From an uncultured Planctomycetota bacterium (GTDB taxonomy: Bacteria; Planctomycetota; Planctomycetia; Isosphaerales; Isosphaeraceae): 64,000 nt of DNA. The translations under genes and the position numbers were made by a program. Location: the NCBI GenBank assembly GCA_963845755.1, contig CAWJTV010000042.1, positions 288,001 through 352,000 of the forward strand, written 5' to 3'. Under the pieces are notes generated by a model. That model did no database searches. It saw nothing but the letters and a program-made list of their open reading frames with translations, and was not told the DNA's origin. Shown one piece after another: positions 44,280 to 54,511 of this stretch. Numbering within the stretch: position 1 is the stretch's first letter; the number at the start of each line of letters is the position of its first letter.

Positions 44280-44675
44280 ATGTTCGCGATCGATGGGAAC
44301 GACCCGACGCCGTTGTATGCTCAGCTCGAGCGGGCGATCCGCGTGGCGATCACGACGGGTCGGCTGGAGGTGGGAGACAAGTTGCCGACGGTGCGGCAGC
44401 TCGCGGTGGACCTGAAGATCAATGCGAACACGGTGGCGAAGGTCTATGGAGAGCTGGAGCGGTCCGGCGTGCTCGAGACACGGCGGGGAGTGGGGACGTT
44501 CATCCGGCAGGCGGGGGTGCGTCGTTCCTCCCCGCCGGATCGCGAGCGGCTGCTCGTGGAGCTGGCAGATCGCTTCCTGGCCGGGGCCGCCAGGTTGGGG
44601 TTCTCGGCGGATGAAGCGATCAACTTCCTGAAAGTGCGTTGGATCGACATGAAACGGGAGCAGTCTGATGGCTAG
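44280..44675 (+). CDS. GntR (YtrA subfamily) regulator, copy 1
   Basis: TPLYAQL, GDKLPTVRQLA, INANTVAKVY, RRGVGTF; short C-terminus. Confidence 0.92.
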   Translation: MFAIDGNDPTPLYAQLERAIRVAITTGRLEVGDKLPTVRQLAVDLKINANTVAKVYGELERSGVLETRRGVGTFIRQAGVRRSSPPDRERLLVELADRFLAGAARLGFSADEAINFLKVRWIDMKREQSDG

Positions 44676-45624
44676 CATGACGAGTAGCGCCGAGGGCCTG
44701 AAGGGTCGTCGTGGTTCGATCGAGCACTTGCGGTTCAACATTATCTCGTACCTCCTGCTGATCGCCGGAATCGGCCTGGGTGTCTGGATCGCCCGATTAT
44801 CGCACAATCGGTGGGCGACAGCCGTGGGGTCGGTCGCGGGATGGATCGCGGCGATGGCACCCCAGATCGCGAAACAATGGGAGCGGGCGGTCGTCCTGCG
44901 GTTGGGAAGATACACGGGCCTGCGCGGGCCGGGACTATTCTGGATCGTCCCCGGCATCGACAAGGTCTCGTCGTGGATCGATCAGCGGATCATCACCACC
45001 AGCTTCGCCGCGGAGCAGACGCTCACCTCGGACACGGTGCCGGTGAACGTGGACGCCGTGATGTTCTGGATGGTTTACGACCCCGAGAAGGCGGCGCTGG
45101 AGGTCCAGGATTACCAGGTCGCGGTCAGTTGGGCGGCGCAGACCGCGCTCCGCGACATCATCGGCCGCACGCCGTTGACGGTGCTCCTCCGCGGACGCGA
45201 ACAGATCGAGGCGCAGCTCCAGAAGCTCATCGACGAGCGGTCCAACCCCTGGGGCGTCACGGTCCAATCCGTCGAGATGCGCGACGTCATCATCCCCGAG
45301 TCGTTGCAGGATGCCATGTCGCGCGAGGCGCAGGCGGCGCGGGAGAAAGAGGCGCGGATCATCCTCGGCCAGGCCGAGGTCGAGATCGCGCATCTGTTCG
45401 CCCGGGCTTCCGAGTCGTACGAGCACAACCCGACCGCCCTCCATTTGCGGGCGATGAACATCCTCTACGAAGGTCTCAAGGAGAAGGGCGCCTTGATGCT
45501 CGTCCCGAGTACGGCCGTCGAATCGATGGGACTGGGAGGATTACTCGGCGCCGCCGCGTTGCGACAGCAAACCCTCAGTCGGAGTCCGGGCGCATCGGAA
45601 TCGGTCAATGGGCCGGTGGTCTGA
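44668..45624 (+). CDS. SPFH/stomatin-like (slipin) membrane protein, copy 1
   Basis: WERAVVLRLG, GPGLFWIVP, TSDTVPVNVDAV, QTALRDIIG, WGVTVQSVE, AQAAREKEA. Confidence 0.92.
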   Translation: MASMTSSAEGLKGRRGSIEHLRFNIISYLLLIAGIGLGVWIARLSHNRWATAVGSVAGWIAAMAPQIAKQWERAVVLRLGRYTGLRGPGLFWIVPGIDKVSSWIDQRIITTSFAAEQTLTSDTVPVNVDAVMFWMVYDPEKAALEVQDYQVAVSWAAQTALRDIIGRTPLTVLLRGREQIEAQLQKLIDERSNPWGVTVQSVEMRDVIIPESLQDAMSREAQAAREKEARIILGQAEVEIAHLFARASESYEHNPTALHLRAMNILYEGLKEKGALMLVPSTAVESMGLGGLLGAAALRQQTLSRSPGASESVNGPVV

Positions 45625-45696
45625 ATCGACCCGTTTTCAGGATCCCTGGTGGATCCTCGCCCGATAATTCGATGGTCCCGCTCCTCTCGCAGCCCC

Positions 45697-45737
45697 TTGA
45701 CATCTCTCCGCGCCATTTGTACTATTCTAATAGAACA
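45697..45737 (+). promoter_or_regulatory. sigma70 promoter with overlapping YtrA-type palindromic operator
   Basis: TTGACA-N17-TACTAT; TGTACTATT-CT-AATAGAACA. Confidence 0.75.
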
Positions 45738-45752
45738 ACAGGACGCTCGCCC

Positions 45753-46148
45753 GTGTTTACGATCGACGATTCGGATCCCACTCCGCTGTATGCCCAGCTC
45801 GAACGCGCGATCCGCGTGGCGATCGCGACGGGTCGGCTGCGGGCCGGGGATAAGCTGCCGACGGTCCGGCAGCTTGCGGTCGATTTGCGGATCAACGCGA
45901 ACACGGTGGCGAAGGTCTACAGCGAGCTGGAGCATACCGGGGTGCTGGAGGCGCGCCGGGGCGTCGGCACGTTCATCCGCGATGTGGAGGGCCGAGCGGG
46001 CTGGCTCCCCGACCGGGAGCAGCAACTCATCGCGCTGGCCGATCGATTCCTCGCCGGGACCGCCGACCTGGGATTCTCAGCCGACGAAGCGATCACTTTT
46101 CTGAAGGTCCGATGGCTGGACTGGAAACGGGAGAAATCCGATGCCTAG
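45753..46148 (+). CDS. GntR (YtrA subfamily) regulator, copy 2
   Basis: GTG start VFTIDDSDPTPLYAQLERAIR; paralog of copy 1. Confidence 0.9.
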   Translation: MFTIDDSDPTPLYAQLERAIRVAIATGRLRAGDKLPTVRQLAVDLRINANTVAKVYSELEHTGVLEARRGVGTFIRDVEGRAGWLPDREQQLIALADRFLAGTADLGFSADEAITFLKVRWLDWKREKSDA

Positions 46149-47094
46149 AGCAACGAGTGTCGAAACCCTGAAGGGAGGTCGGACACCCTCCGACCCGCCT
46201 CGCGTCAACGTGATGACCTTCATCCTGTGGGTGATCTGCATCGGTCCGGCAATCGCCGCCACCGTGATGCTGAATAATCCGATCCCGATCTTCATCGGGA
46301 TGCCGCTCGCGTTCATTCTGGCCGCGTCGCCGAAGGTGGCCCAGCAGTGGGAGCGGGCGGTCGTTCTCCGGCTGGGCAATTACACCGGCCTCCGCGGTCC
46401 GGGCCTGTTCTGGGTCATACCCGGCATTGACCAGGTTTCCTCCTGGATCGATCAGCGGATCATCACCACCAGCTTCGCCGCCGAGGAGACGCTGACCTCG
46501 GACACCGTGCCGGTGAATGTGGACGCGGTACTTTTCTGGATGGTCTATGACCCCGAGAAGGCGGCGCTGGAGGTCCAGGACTACAAGCTGGCGATCAGTT
46601 GGGCGGCGCAGACCGCGCTGCGCGACATCATCGGCCGCACGCCTCTGACGGTGCTCCTCCGCGGCCGAGAGCAGATCGAGGCGCAGCTCCAGAAGCTCAT
46701 CGACGAGCGGTCCAACCCCTGGGGCGTCACGGTCCAATCCGTCGAGATGCGCGACGTCATCATCCCCGAGTCGTTGCAGGACGCCATGTCGCGCGAGGCG
46801 CAGGCGGCGCGGGAGAAAGAGGCGCGGATCATCCTCGGGCAGGCCGAGGTCGAGATCGCGCATCTGTTCGCCCGGGCTTCCGAGTCGTACGAGCACAACC
46901 CGACCGCCCTCCATCTGCGGGCGATGAACATCCTCTACGAAGGTCTCAAGGAGAAGGGTGCCTTGATGCTCGTACCCAGCACGGCCGTCGAATCGATGGG
47001 ACTGGGAGGATTGCTCGGCGCCGCCGCACTGCGCCAGCAGGCCCTCAGCCAGGATCCGGCCGGAGCGCAACCGGTCAATGGGCCGGTGGTCTGA
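46141..47094 (+). CDS. SPFH/stomatin-like (slipin) membrane protein, copy 2
   Basis: Core nearly identical to copy 1; different N-terminal TM region. Confidence 0.92.
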   Translation: MPRATSVETLKGGRTPSDPPRVNVMTFILWVICIGPAIAATVMLNNPIPIFIGMPLAFILAASPKVAQQWERAVVLRLGNYTGLRGPGLFWVIPGIDQVSSWIDQRIITTSFAAEETLTSDTVPVNVDAVLFWMVYDPEKAALEVQDYKLAISWAAQTALRDIIGRTPLTVLLRGREQIEAQLQKLIDERSNPWGVTVQSVEMRDVIIPESLQDAMSREAQAAREKEARIILGQAEVEIAHLFARASESYEHNPTALHLRAMNILYEGLKEKGALMLVPSTAVESMGLGGLLGAAALRQQALSQDPAGAQPVNGPVV

Positions 47095-47106
47095 GTCGAA
47101 CGCGGC

Positions 47107-47848
47107 CTATGGCCGATCTTCGCCCTCGGCATAATCGATGTCGAGCGTGCAGTTGAGGACCCGCTGCCGCGGGGCAAGATCCTCATAGCTGAATCCGTAT
47201 TTCCCGAAGTGATAGAGCTTGATCGTCGTGTCGGCCATCGGAGTCACGCCGATCTGATGGAGGCGGTGGGAGAAGCTGTAGTCCTCGGTCAGGTACGCGC
47301 GTTCCGCCGCGTCCGTCGGGCACGCACAGGGGGAGGAAGAAGGGATAGATCCCCTTGACAGGTCCCCAGTGGCAGTGTGGCAACTTCAGCTCGTCGATCA
47401 TACGTTTAAGGACCCCGGCGCGGATTCTCAGGAACCCGGTCGACGCGTAGAGCATCGGATAGAGGCCCGGCGCCGCGGGGCCGAAGACGACGCGGTTGAC
47501 CCCGGCGGCGAACGCGCCGGAATAATCTTGTGAGCCTTTCTTCATGTAGATCCCGGCCACGACCGGCTCGGGCCGCGCCAGCAGACGGAGCGCATCGTCG
47601 GGGTTGAAGCCGATGTCGGCATCGATGAACAGGAACGGGTCGAAGCCGTCCCTGAGCGCATCCGAGAGCATCACACAACGCAGCAGATCAATGGCCGAGA
47701 ACGAGGCGCGCCGGACCGTGATCCCGGCCTGACCTAGAGCGCGCAGCCCGTCGTCGCACTCCTTCTCGACCGCCGCATAATGCGGCACCAGTACGACCGG
47801 CTTCCCTTGCACCGTTGGCTGGCCCGCGCCGATGTGGATCGTTTCCAT
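47107..47848 (-). CDS. GT-A-fold glycosyltransferase-like protein (frameshift near 47300)
   Basis: FLFIDADIGF (DxD), VVAGIY, STGFLRI, YLTEDYSF, LYHFG. Confidence 0.65.
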
Positions 47849-47877
47849 CGTGTACTTTCCTTTCGTTCCGGTTCGCC

Positions 47878-48846
47878 TTATCGGCGGCTCGCATCGGATC
47901 GTCGCGGTGCCGAGGCCCCGCGCCGTTCTCGATCCCACTGCTGCCGGAAGGCTGCCTCGGCTCGCGCGACGTACGACCGGTAACCCTTCGGATCGATGAA
48001 GGGGTTTGGCGTCTCGCCGGCCTTTAACCTCCGCGCCTTCTCCGCCAGGCCGAACTGCGTGCCGTGCGGCCCGAGAAAGACGTCGCAATCGAGCGACTTC
48101 AGCACGCGGAAGGTCTTCGCGAAGTCCTGGGCCATGTCCGGATACTTGGGGTTATCGACCAACCGAACACCAGGGAGAATCGTCGTGCTCCCGTAGATGA
48201 CGACGTGGTAGGACTTCCCGTACTCCTCGATGATCATCGTCCAGGTCGTGCAGCCCTTGGTGTGGCCGGGCGTCAGATGGGCCTTCAGGGTTACGCCGCC
48301 GAGCGTGACACGGTCCCCGTCGGCGATGATCCGATCCGCCTTGGCCGGCTCGTAAGCGACCAGGTCCTCGCGCACCGGGAGGAAGTCGCCACGGCCACCA
48401 TAAGCGAGCAGGTCGGCATCCGCCGCGCTCATCGCGATCCGGGCCCCCGTAAGCTTCTTTAACGCAGCATGGCCGCCGGCATGATCGAGGTGAGCGTGGC
48501 TATTGAGCAACAGCTTGATCTCCTCGAACCGGAAGCCGAGCTTGCGGACATGGTCGCGGATCATCGGGACCGTGTCCGCGAATCCGCTGTTGATCAGGAT
48601 GTGCCCTTCGGGCGTGGCGATCAGGAACGAGGCGACGTCCGAGGCCCCGACGTAGTACAGGTTCCCGATCATGCGGAAGGGCTCGAACGGGCGGTTCATC
48701 GCGTGGAAGGATCGCTCGATCTGCGATTCCGCGAACCGCTCAGCCGCCTCCTTGATGCGGCTTCCTGCATCTTGTCCAAAGGACGCTCGAACCTCCAGGC
48801 TTGCGATGAGAGCCCAGACAAACCCCAGGATTTGCCGCGATCGCAT
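47878..48846 (-). CDS. Subclass B3 metallo-beta-lactamase
   Basis: PFRMIGNLYYVG, SHAHLDHAGG, TPGHTKGCTTW, CDVFLGPH, NPFIDP; signal peptide. Confidence 0.88.
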   Translation of the reverse strand: MRSRQILGFVWALIASLEVRASFGQDAGSRIKEAAERFAESQIERSFHAMNRPFEPFRMIGNLYYVGASDVASFLIATPEGHILINSGFADTVPMIRDHVRKLGFRFEEIKLLLNSHAHLDHAGGHAALKKLTGARIAMSAADADLLAYGGRGDFLPVREDLVAYEPAKADRIIADGDRVTLGGVTLKAHLTPGHTKGCTTWTMIIEEYGKSYHVVIYGSTTILPGVRLVDNPKYPDMAQDFAKTFRVLKSLDCDVFLGPHGTQFGLAEKARRLKAGETPNPFIDPKGYRSYVARAEAAFRQQWDRERRGASAPRRSDASRR

Positions 48847-48974
48847 CGTTCGGGTTTGCGCCGCCCATGACGCTTCCTCCGGCAACCTTATTGACCAACC
48901 CTTCGCGATCAAGCGATTATACCAGGGACACAGTGAACGAACCCCTCTTGAAAGTCTCGTACGAGGAACCGCCG

Positions 48975-49376
48975 ATGGCGAAATCCAAGAGCGCGGAGCC
49001 CAAGACCAGGTCGAAATCCACGAAAGACGAAGCTCGTGACCAGCGAATCCAGATGGAAATCATCGTTGATGCCTACAACGAGGACGAGCGAGTCATGGGG
49101 TGGGTGGGCTACCTCGAAGAGAAACTGCACGTTCCGTTTCGGGCCAAATGCACCGCCCCCCGCGCCATCTCGCCGTTGGAAGTCGGCGAAACGGTCGATG
49201 TCGTCGCGATGGGGCCGGAGAATGAATGCGGGCGGGACATGTTTGTCACCATTCGCTGGAACGATCGGGACCTTGCCGTCCCGTTGGCTCAACTGAAGGT
49301 GGTCAAGGCAGATGCCCAGACGCGTGAAGCTGTTGAGGATTGGCATTACTGGGTCGAGAAAGGCTACTGTTTCTGA
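48975..49376 (+). CDS. Calci_bind_CcbP-like (PF11535-type) protein
   Basis: RIQMEIIVDAYNEDE..GW..YLEEKL..PF, LAVPLAQL, AVEDWHYW. Confidence 0.75.
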   Translation: MAKSKSAEPKTRSKSTKDEARDQRIQMEIIVDAYNEDERVMGWVGYLEEKLHVPFRAKCTAPRAISPLEVGETVDVVAMGPENECGRDMFVTIRWNDRDLAVPLAQLKVVKADAQTREAVEDWHYWVEKGYCF

Positions 49377-49410
49377 ACTCGAAAGGTTGACGTTCCTGAG
49401 GAAAACCGGG

Positions 49411-50868
49411 ATGAGATTCTACTCAAGTTTCCTGCTGGTTATCGTCACACTGCTGGCCTGGGTGTCCGGCGCCCGCGCGCAGTCGCAGAAACCGGATGAT
49501 CCGAATGCCTCGCCGTCGAAGGCCGATGCACCTCCCAAGACCTTCGACCTCCAGGCCATCGACGCCTATATCGTGGCCCAGGTCCGCGAGCAGGGCTATC
49601 CCGGGTTATCCCTGACGATCCTGCGTGAGGGCAAGGTCGTCCTGGCCAAGGGCTATGGAAAGCGATCGCTTCCGGGTGGGCCGCCAGTTGAGCCGGACAC
49701 CGCGTTCGCGGTCGGTTCCGTGACGAAGCAGTTCACCTGCGCCTGCGTCTTGCTCCTGGCCGAGGAGGGCAAGCTGTCCGTCGAGGACCCCGTGGCGAAG
49801 TATTATCCCAAGCTGGCGCGAGCCGGCCAGGTCACGCTTCATGACCTGATGAGTCATACTTCGGGATTCCCGGACTTTTATCCGCTGGACTTCGTCGACC
49901 GCCGCTTGCGCGAGCCCATCCTGGGCGATGACCTGGTCGCGAGGTACGCCGGGTCGAAAATCGACTTCGAGCCGGGCTCGCGCTGGTCGTACAGCAATAC
50001 CGGTTACACCCTGCTCGGCCGAGTGGTCGAGAAGGTGAGCGGGAAACCCTTCGGCCAGTTCCTGGAGGAACGGATCCTCGGTCCGCTGGGCATGAGTCAT
50101 TCGGCGTTCGAGCCGGGCGCGGATTGGAGAGGTCCCACGCTCGGATACACGTCGTTCGGCCTGGGGCCGGCGGAGCCCGCGGAGCCCGAGTCGAAAGGCT
50201 GGCTGGGCGCCGCGGGAGGTTTGTGGGCCTCCGGCCCGGACCTCGCCCGCTGGGACCTCGCCCTGATGGAAGGCCGGGTCCTCAAGCCCGGCTCGCTTCG
50301 GTTCATGGTCTCACCGAAGTCGCTCACCAGCGGAATCCCCACCGACTACGGTTGCGGCTTGCATGTCCAGCACGTCAACGGCGAAACGGTCCTGACGCAT
50401 GGCGGTGCCGTCAGTGGTTTCTTGTCGATCAACGCGATGGTCCCGCGGACGAGGTCCGCCGTGATCCTCCTGACCAACTCCGAGCACCTCAATCCCGGCA
50501 CGATGCAACAGACGATCCTCCATCTGCTGACCCAGGACCTGGGGAGGCCGGGTGTGCCGAAGGTTAATGGCCCGTCACCGAAGGAGGCGGCCCTCGGCTT
50601 CCTCCATCAGATGCAGGCCGGGCAGGTCAACCGGGACCAGCTCGGCGAGGAATTCAGCCTGTTCCTCACCGAGGACCGGCTCAAGGCCGCGGCACCGCGA
50701 CTGAAAGATCTGGGCGAGCCGGAGGCGGTCGATCTCGAAAGCGTCTCCGAGCGCGGCGGCATGGAAGTCGCGTCGATCCGATTCCACTTCAAGACGGCCG
50801 AGCTGCGAGGTCTCCTCTATCGAACACCGGACGGGAAGATTCAACAACTCCTGTTCCGCAAGGGGTGA
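49411..50868 (+). CDS. Secreted serine hydrolase, beta-lactamase/class C-like family
   Basis: GSVTK, LMSHTSG, WSYSN, HGG. Confidence 0.9.
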   Translation: MRFYSSFLLVIVTLLAWVSGARAQSQKPDDPNASPSKADAPPKTFDLQAIDAYIVAQVREQGYPGLSLTILREGKVVLAKGYGKRSLPGGPPVEPDTAFAVGSVTKQFTCACVLLLAEEGKLSVEDPVAKYYPKLARAGQVTLHDLMSHTSGFPDFYPLDFVDRRLREPILGDDLVARYAGSKIDFEPGSRWSYSNTGYTLLGRVVEKVSGKPFGQFLEERILGPLGMSHSAFEPGADWRGPTLGYTSFGLGPAEPAEPESKGWLGAAGGLWASGPDLARWDLALMEGRVLKPGSLRFMVSPKSLTSGIPTDYGCGLHVQHVNGETVLTHGGAVSGFLSINAMVPRTRSAVILLTNSEHLNPGTMQQTILHLLTQDLGRPGVPKVNGPSPKEAALGFLHQMQAGQVNRDQLGEEFSLFLTEDRLKAAAPRLKDLGEPEAVDLESVSERGGMEVASIRFHFKTAELRGLLYRTPDGKIQQLLFRKG

Positions 50869-51093
50869 TGGTCTACAACCTTCCTGAATATCGGCCTTGC
50901 CAGATTGTTGGCTCCGGCGTAATCTCTCCCCGCCCCTCGTGCTCCAAGCACCAGAGGTATGCCCGTGTTCTCACGTCTCACGACCGGTACGCTGTAGGCG
51001 CCGAAATCTGGCAAAACCGCTTGGCGACTGATCGGTCGATCGGCCGGCGTGGGATCGCCGTCAATCCAGGGGAGACGATCTCAGGAGCGGATC

Positions 51094-52162
51094 ATGCGAA
51101 GACCGATAGTCCTCTTCTCCGGTTGGCTCACCGCGGCGCTCCTGGTACTGGGACCGGCCGCCCCAGGCGCGGATGACACGGCGCGGCGGGAGCCGGTCGA
51201 AGTCGTCCTGAAGTCGCTCGACACGAAACTCCGCGTCGATGGCCGTGTCATCGACAGCCGGGGTATGTTCCTCCGCTTTCGCGTGGACACAGTTCAGGGC
51301 GACTGGCTCTGGCTGGTCGCTAACGAGGGGATCCGGGGCTGGGTCCATCGTCGGGATGTGATACCGGTTGACCAGGCCATCGCCCATTTCAGCGCGGTCA
51401 TCAAGCGCGAGCCCCGATCGGCACGGGCCTACCGCATGCGCGGGTTGGCCTACTACGATGCGCAGGAATACCGGCGGGCCGTCCACGACGCCACGGCCGC
51501 CACCCGACTCGAGCCGAACCTGGCGCCGGCATACGTCGATCGGGGTCACGCCAAGCTCGAGAGGCTCGACTTCAGGGGGGCGCTGGCCGATGCCAACGAG
51601 GCGATCCGACTCGACCCCAAATCGGCGCGTGCCTATCAGTTTCGAGGCTACGTCTGGCAGATCGAGCGGCAGTACAAGCCGGCCATCGCGGATTACGATG
51701 CGGCCATCCGACTCGACCCCAACAACGGCATTCTCTGGGTCTGCCGGGCACAATGCTGGAGCGAGCGAGGAGACGATGATCGGGCGATCGCCGACGCCAG
51801 CGAGGCCATCCGACTCGAGCCGACCCTGACATGGGCCTATGTGGTCGCGCAGCAAGTACTGGCGACATAAGGAGGACTCTGATCGGAAGTTGGAAGACGC
51901 CAACGCCGTAGTCCGGCTGGATCCCAATTCGCCTTCCGCCTACCTCACCCGCGCGCTTGTCTTGTGGGATACGGACAACTTCGCCCGCGCCCTGGCCGAT
52001 TGCGATCAGGCGAGCCGACTCGATCCGAAGGACCCGGTGATCCACCTGATCCGAGGGATACTCCTCGGCAACAAGGGCGAGCTCGGACCAGCACTCCGCG
52101 AGGTGTTGTTTCATCCGATCCTCGGTCGCAGCAATGTCAACCTCTCCGTTTGCTTCCGCTGA
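51094..52162 (+). CDS. Secreted TPR protein with N-terminal SH3-like domain (frameshift near 51850)
   Basis: Signal; GDWLWL..GWV; repeated AIADxxEAIRLDP. Confidence 0.85.
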
Positions 52163-52199
52163 CGACATCCACCGCCGACGATTCTCGGACTCGATCGTC

Positions 52200-53225
52200 T
52201 CATCGAGCCAGCGCACCCGGATCGAGCCCGTGCCGCAGGGTGAACCGTGCACCGACTGCGCCGACGACACAGTTCGCGCGACTCAGTCTCAGCCGCTGGC
52301 GAAGCTGGTACACCGATTCGATCCCCGTACAATGGGCGCCGAGAAAGTTTTCCACCGCCATGGGACGGAGCTTCGCGGCGGTCCAGTCGAGCGTCGCTTC
52401 ATTAGCCTCAAAGAGGTGAAAGCCTCCGAGAGCGGCATGCACGCGCGTTTCGCGAACCTTCTGGCGGGCGTATTCCAGGGTGTTGATGATGCCGGCATGA
52501 CCGCAACCGGAGACGAGCACCAGTCCCTTGTCGGTATCGAGCACCAGCGACATATCCTCGGGAACGTTGTCCTCGACCTGCCGTCCGTCCGAATATCGGA
52601 TCGTGCGCTTGAGGGACCAGTTCCGTTCGGGATAGATGCGCGGCACCGGGCCGGTTAGCCAGGCCCCCGGAAAGACTTCGGTCGGCCGCTCGACGACCAC
52701 GAACGATCCTCCCAGGGCCTCGTATTCCTTCTTGACCGCCAGCGTCCCGTTCGTCTCGCGGCCGTCGGGACCGGGCCGGCTCAGGAAGATTCCTGCGCCG
52801 ACATACGCGCGCTCGAGGGCCCTCGGGTTCTGCTTGACCAACTCGCGGCGCAAGGTGACGAGTCCTCCGACGTGGTCTCCGTGGTGGTGGCTGAGGATCA
52901 CATCGGTCACGCCGCTCAGGTCGATCTTCAGCTCCTGAGCGTTTTTCAACACAGTCTCGGGCCGCTCGCCGGTATCGAACAGGATGCGGCGGCCGTCGGT
53001 CTCGACAAGAGCTGAAAAGCCCCACTCGCCCACACCGGCGCGGTCGGTGAGCATCGTCGAGAGGATCAAGACGTCGACCGACTTGATCGGCCCCCGCGCC
53101 TCTTGCGCCGGGGTTGCCGGTAACGGTATCGCGATCACCAGCAAAGCCAGGATGGATTCAGGCCGGATGAACCTTGAGGGACTTGACCAAGGACGATCGT
53201 TGTCGTTCTGCACGTATGAAGTCAT
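52200..53225 (-). CDS. MBL-fold metallo-hydrolase (exported)
   Basis: EWGFS, LFDTG, LSHHHGDHVGG, SGCGHAG, GGFHL, AHCTG. Confidence 0.88.
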   Translation of the reverse strand: MTSYVQNDNDRPWSSPSRFIRPESILALLVIAIPLPATPAQEARGPIKSVDVLILSTMLTDRAGVGEWGFSALVETDGRRILFDTGERPETVLKNAQELKIDLSGVTDVILSHHHGDHVGGLVTLRRELVKQNPRALERAYVGAGIFLSRPGPDGRETNGTLAVKKEYEALGGSFVVVERPTEVFPGAWLTGPVPRIYPERNWSLKRTIRYSDGRQVEDNVPEDMSLVLDTDKGLVLVSGCGHAGIINTLEYARQKVRETRVHAALGGFHLFEANEATLDWTAAKLRPMAVENFLGAHCTGIESVYQLRQRLRLSRANCVVGAVGARFTLRHGLDPGALAR

Positions 53226-53439
53226 GGTGGGTCGTCTCCTGGCGAGAGAGAGCTCGGTTGCGAAGCCAATGTGTGCCTCAACCCGATTATGCTTCGGCGA
53301 ACTCGGGAGGGCGAGACCCGGAATCGCAGTCTTCCGCCAGAGCCCACCGGTACGTATGCTGGTGCCGGACTTGGTCCAGGACCGGTCGCCTCAGGGCATG
53401 AAGGCCGAGCCGAGGGAACCGGGATCACGGGAGGACTTC

Positions 53440-54429
53440 ATGCTGCGCGTCGGCGTGATCGGTTGCGGCCCGATCGGTGCCTTGCATGCGGAGGCGGTGT
53501 GCAGCTCATCGTCCGCAACGCTCGCGGCTGTGTGCGACGTCAGCCGGGAACGCGCCGAGCAGCTCGCCCGACGGTTGGGCGGAGGCGTTGTCGCGCACGA
53601 TCGGCTCGACGCGATGCTCGAACAGGACGCGCTCGATGTGGTGACAGTGGCGACACCGGACCACCTCCACGTCAACGTCGCACTCACGGCGATTGCGGCG
53701 GGATGCCACGTCTTCTGCGAGAAGCCGTTGGCCGCGACGGCCAACGATGCTCGACGACTGGTCGAAGCCGCCGCATGCCGAGGAGTGCTGTTGGGGGTCG
53801 ACTACAATCGCCGTTTTGGGTATGGCTACCAGGTTGCTCGTGGTCTGCTGGACGGTCGGAAGCTCGGCGAGGTGCATCAGGTCGTGATCCACGTCCTCGA
53901 CCGGCCCCCCCGGGCCGAGGTCGCGCGGGTCCCTGAGGTGATCCTCACGACCTTACTCACGCATCACCTCGACCTGGCTCGTTGGTTCGGCGGTGAGGTC
54001 GCGTCGATCGCGGCCCGATTTGGACCGATCGATCCCAATGAGCCGCGAGTGCGACGTGACGTCGCGTTGACGCTCACTTTCGCAGGCGGCGCGATCGGGG
54101 CGATTGTGGCAGGCTATCGCGACGGTCAGACGCGTACATTCGAGAGTGCCGAGATCGTCGGCAGACTGGGCACGGTGCGGGTCGAGGACGTGACTCGCTC
54201 CGCGACCTTCTGGACGGACAACCCCGATCGCCGAGAAGTCTTCGAGCCGAACCTCCTTCCCTTCGACTTCTCCCTGGATGCGACGATTCGCGAGCACGTC
54301 GACGTGTTTCTCGCTCGGGTCTTGGCCGGTCTACCGCCACCCGTTCCGGGGATCGACGGCTTGCGCGGCCTGGAGCTGGTCGAGGCGGCCCTGCGTTCAT
54401 CCGCCTCCTCAACAGGTAGTAGCCAGTAG
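53440..54429 (+). CDS. Gfo/Idh/MocA oxidoreductase
   Basis: VGVIGCGPIG, ATPDHLH, CEKP, NRRF, HHLDL. Confidence 0.9.
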   Translation: MLRVGVIGCGPIGALHAEAVCSSSSATLAAVCDVSRERAEQLARRLGGGVVAHDRLDAMLEQDALDVVTVATPDHLHVNVALTAIAAGCHVFCEKPLAATANDARRLVEAAACRGVLLGVDYNRRFGYGYQVARGLLDGRKLGEVHQVVIHVLDRPPRAEVARVPEVILTTLLTHHLDLARWFGGEVASIAARFGPIDPNEPRVRRDVALTLTFAGGAIGAIVAGYRDGQTRTFESAEIVGRLGTVRVEDVTRSATFWTDNPDRREVFEPNLLPFDFSLDATIREHVDVFLARVLAGLPPPVPGIDGLRGLELVEAALRSSASSTGSSQ

Positions 54430-54511
54430 GCAATGGACTTTGCACGGTCAACAATGTTGGCGCGAGGCGCCTGACGCCGATCATTGCGAATTCGAACCAA
54501 CACGAGGCTGA

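Noticed and set aside
44811..46148. 445-aa GntR fusion ORF
   Set aside because: Only the last 131 aa are GntR, and they have their own promoter; the upstream part is an off-frame overlap with SPFH1
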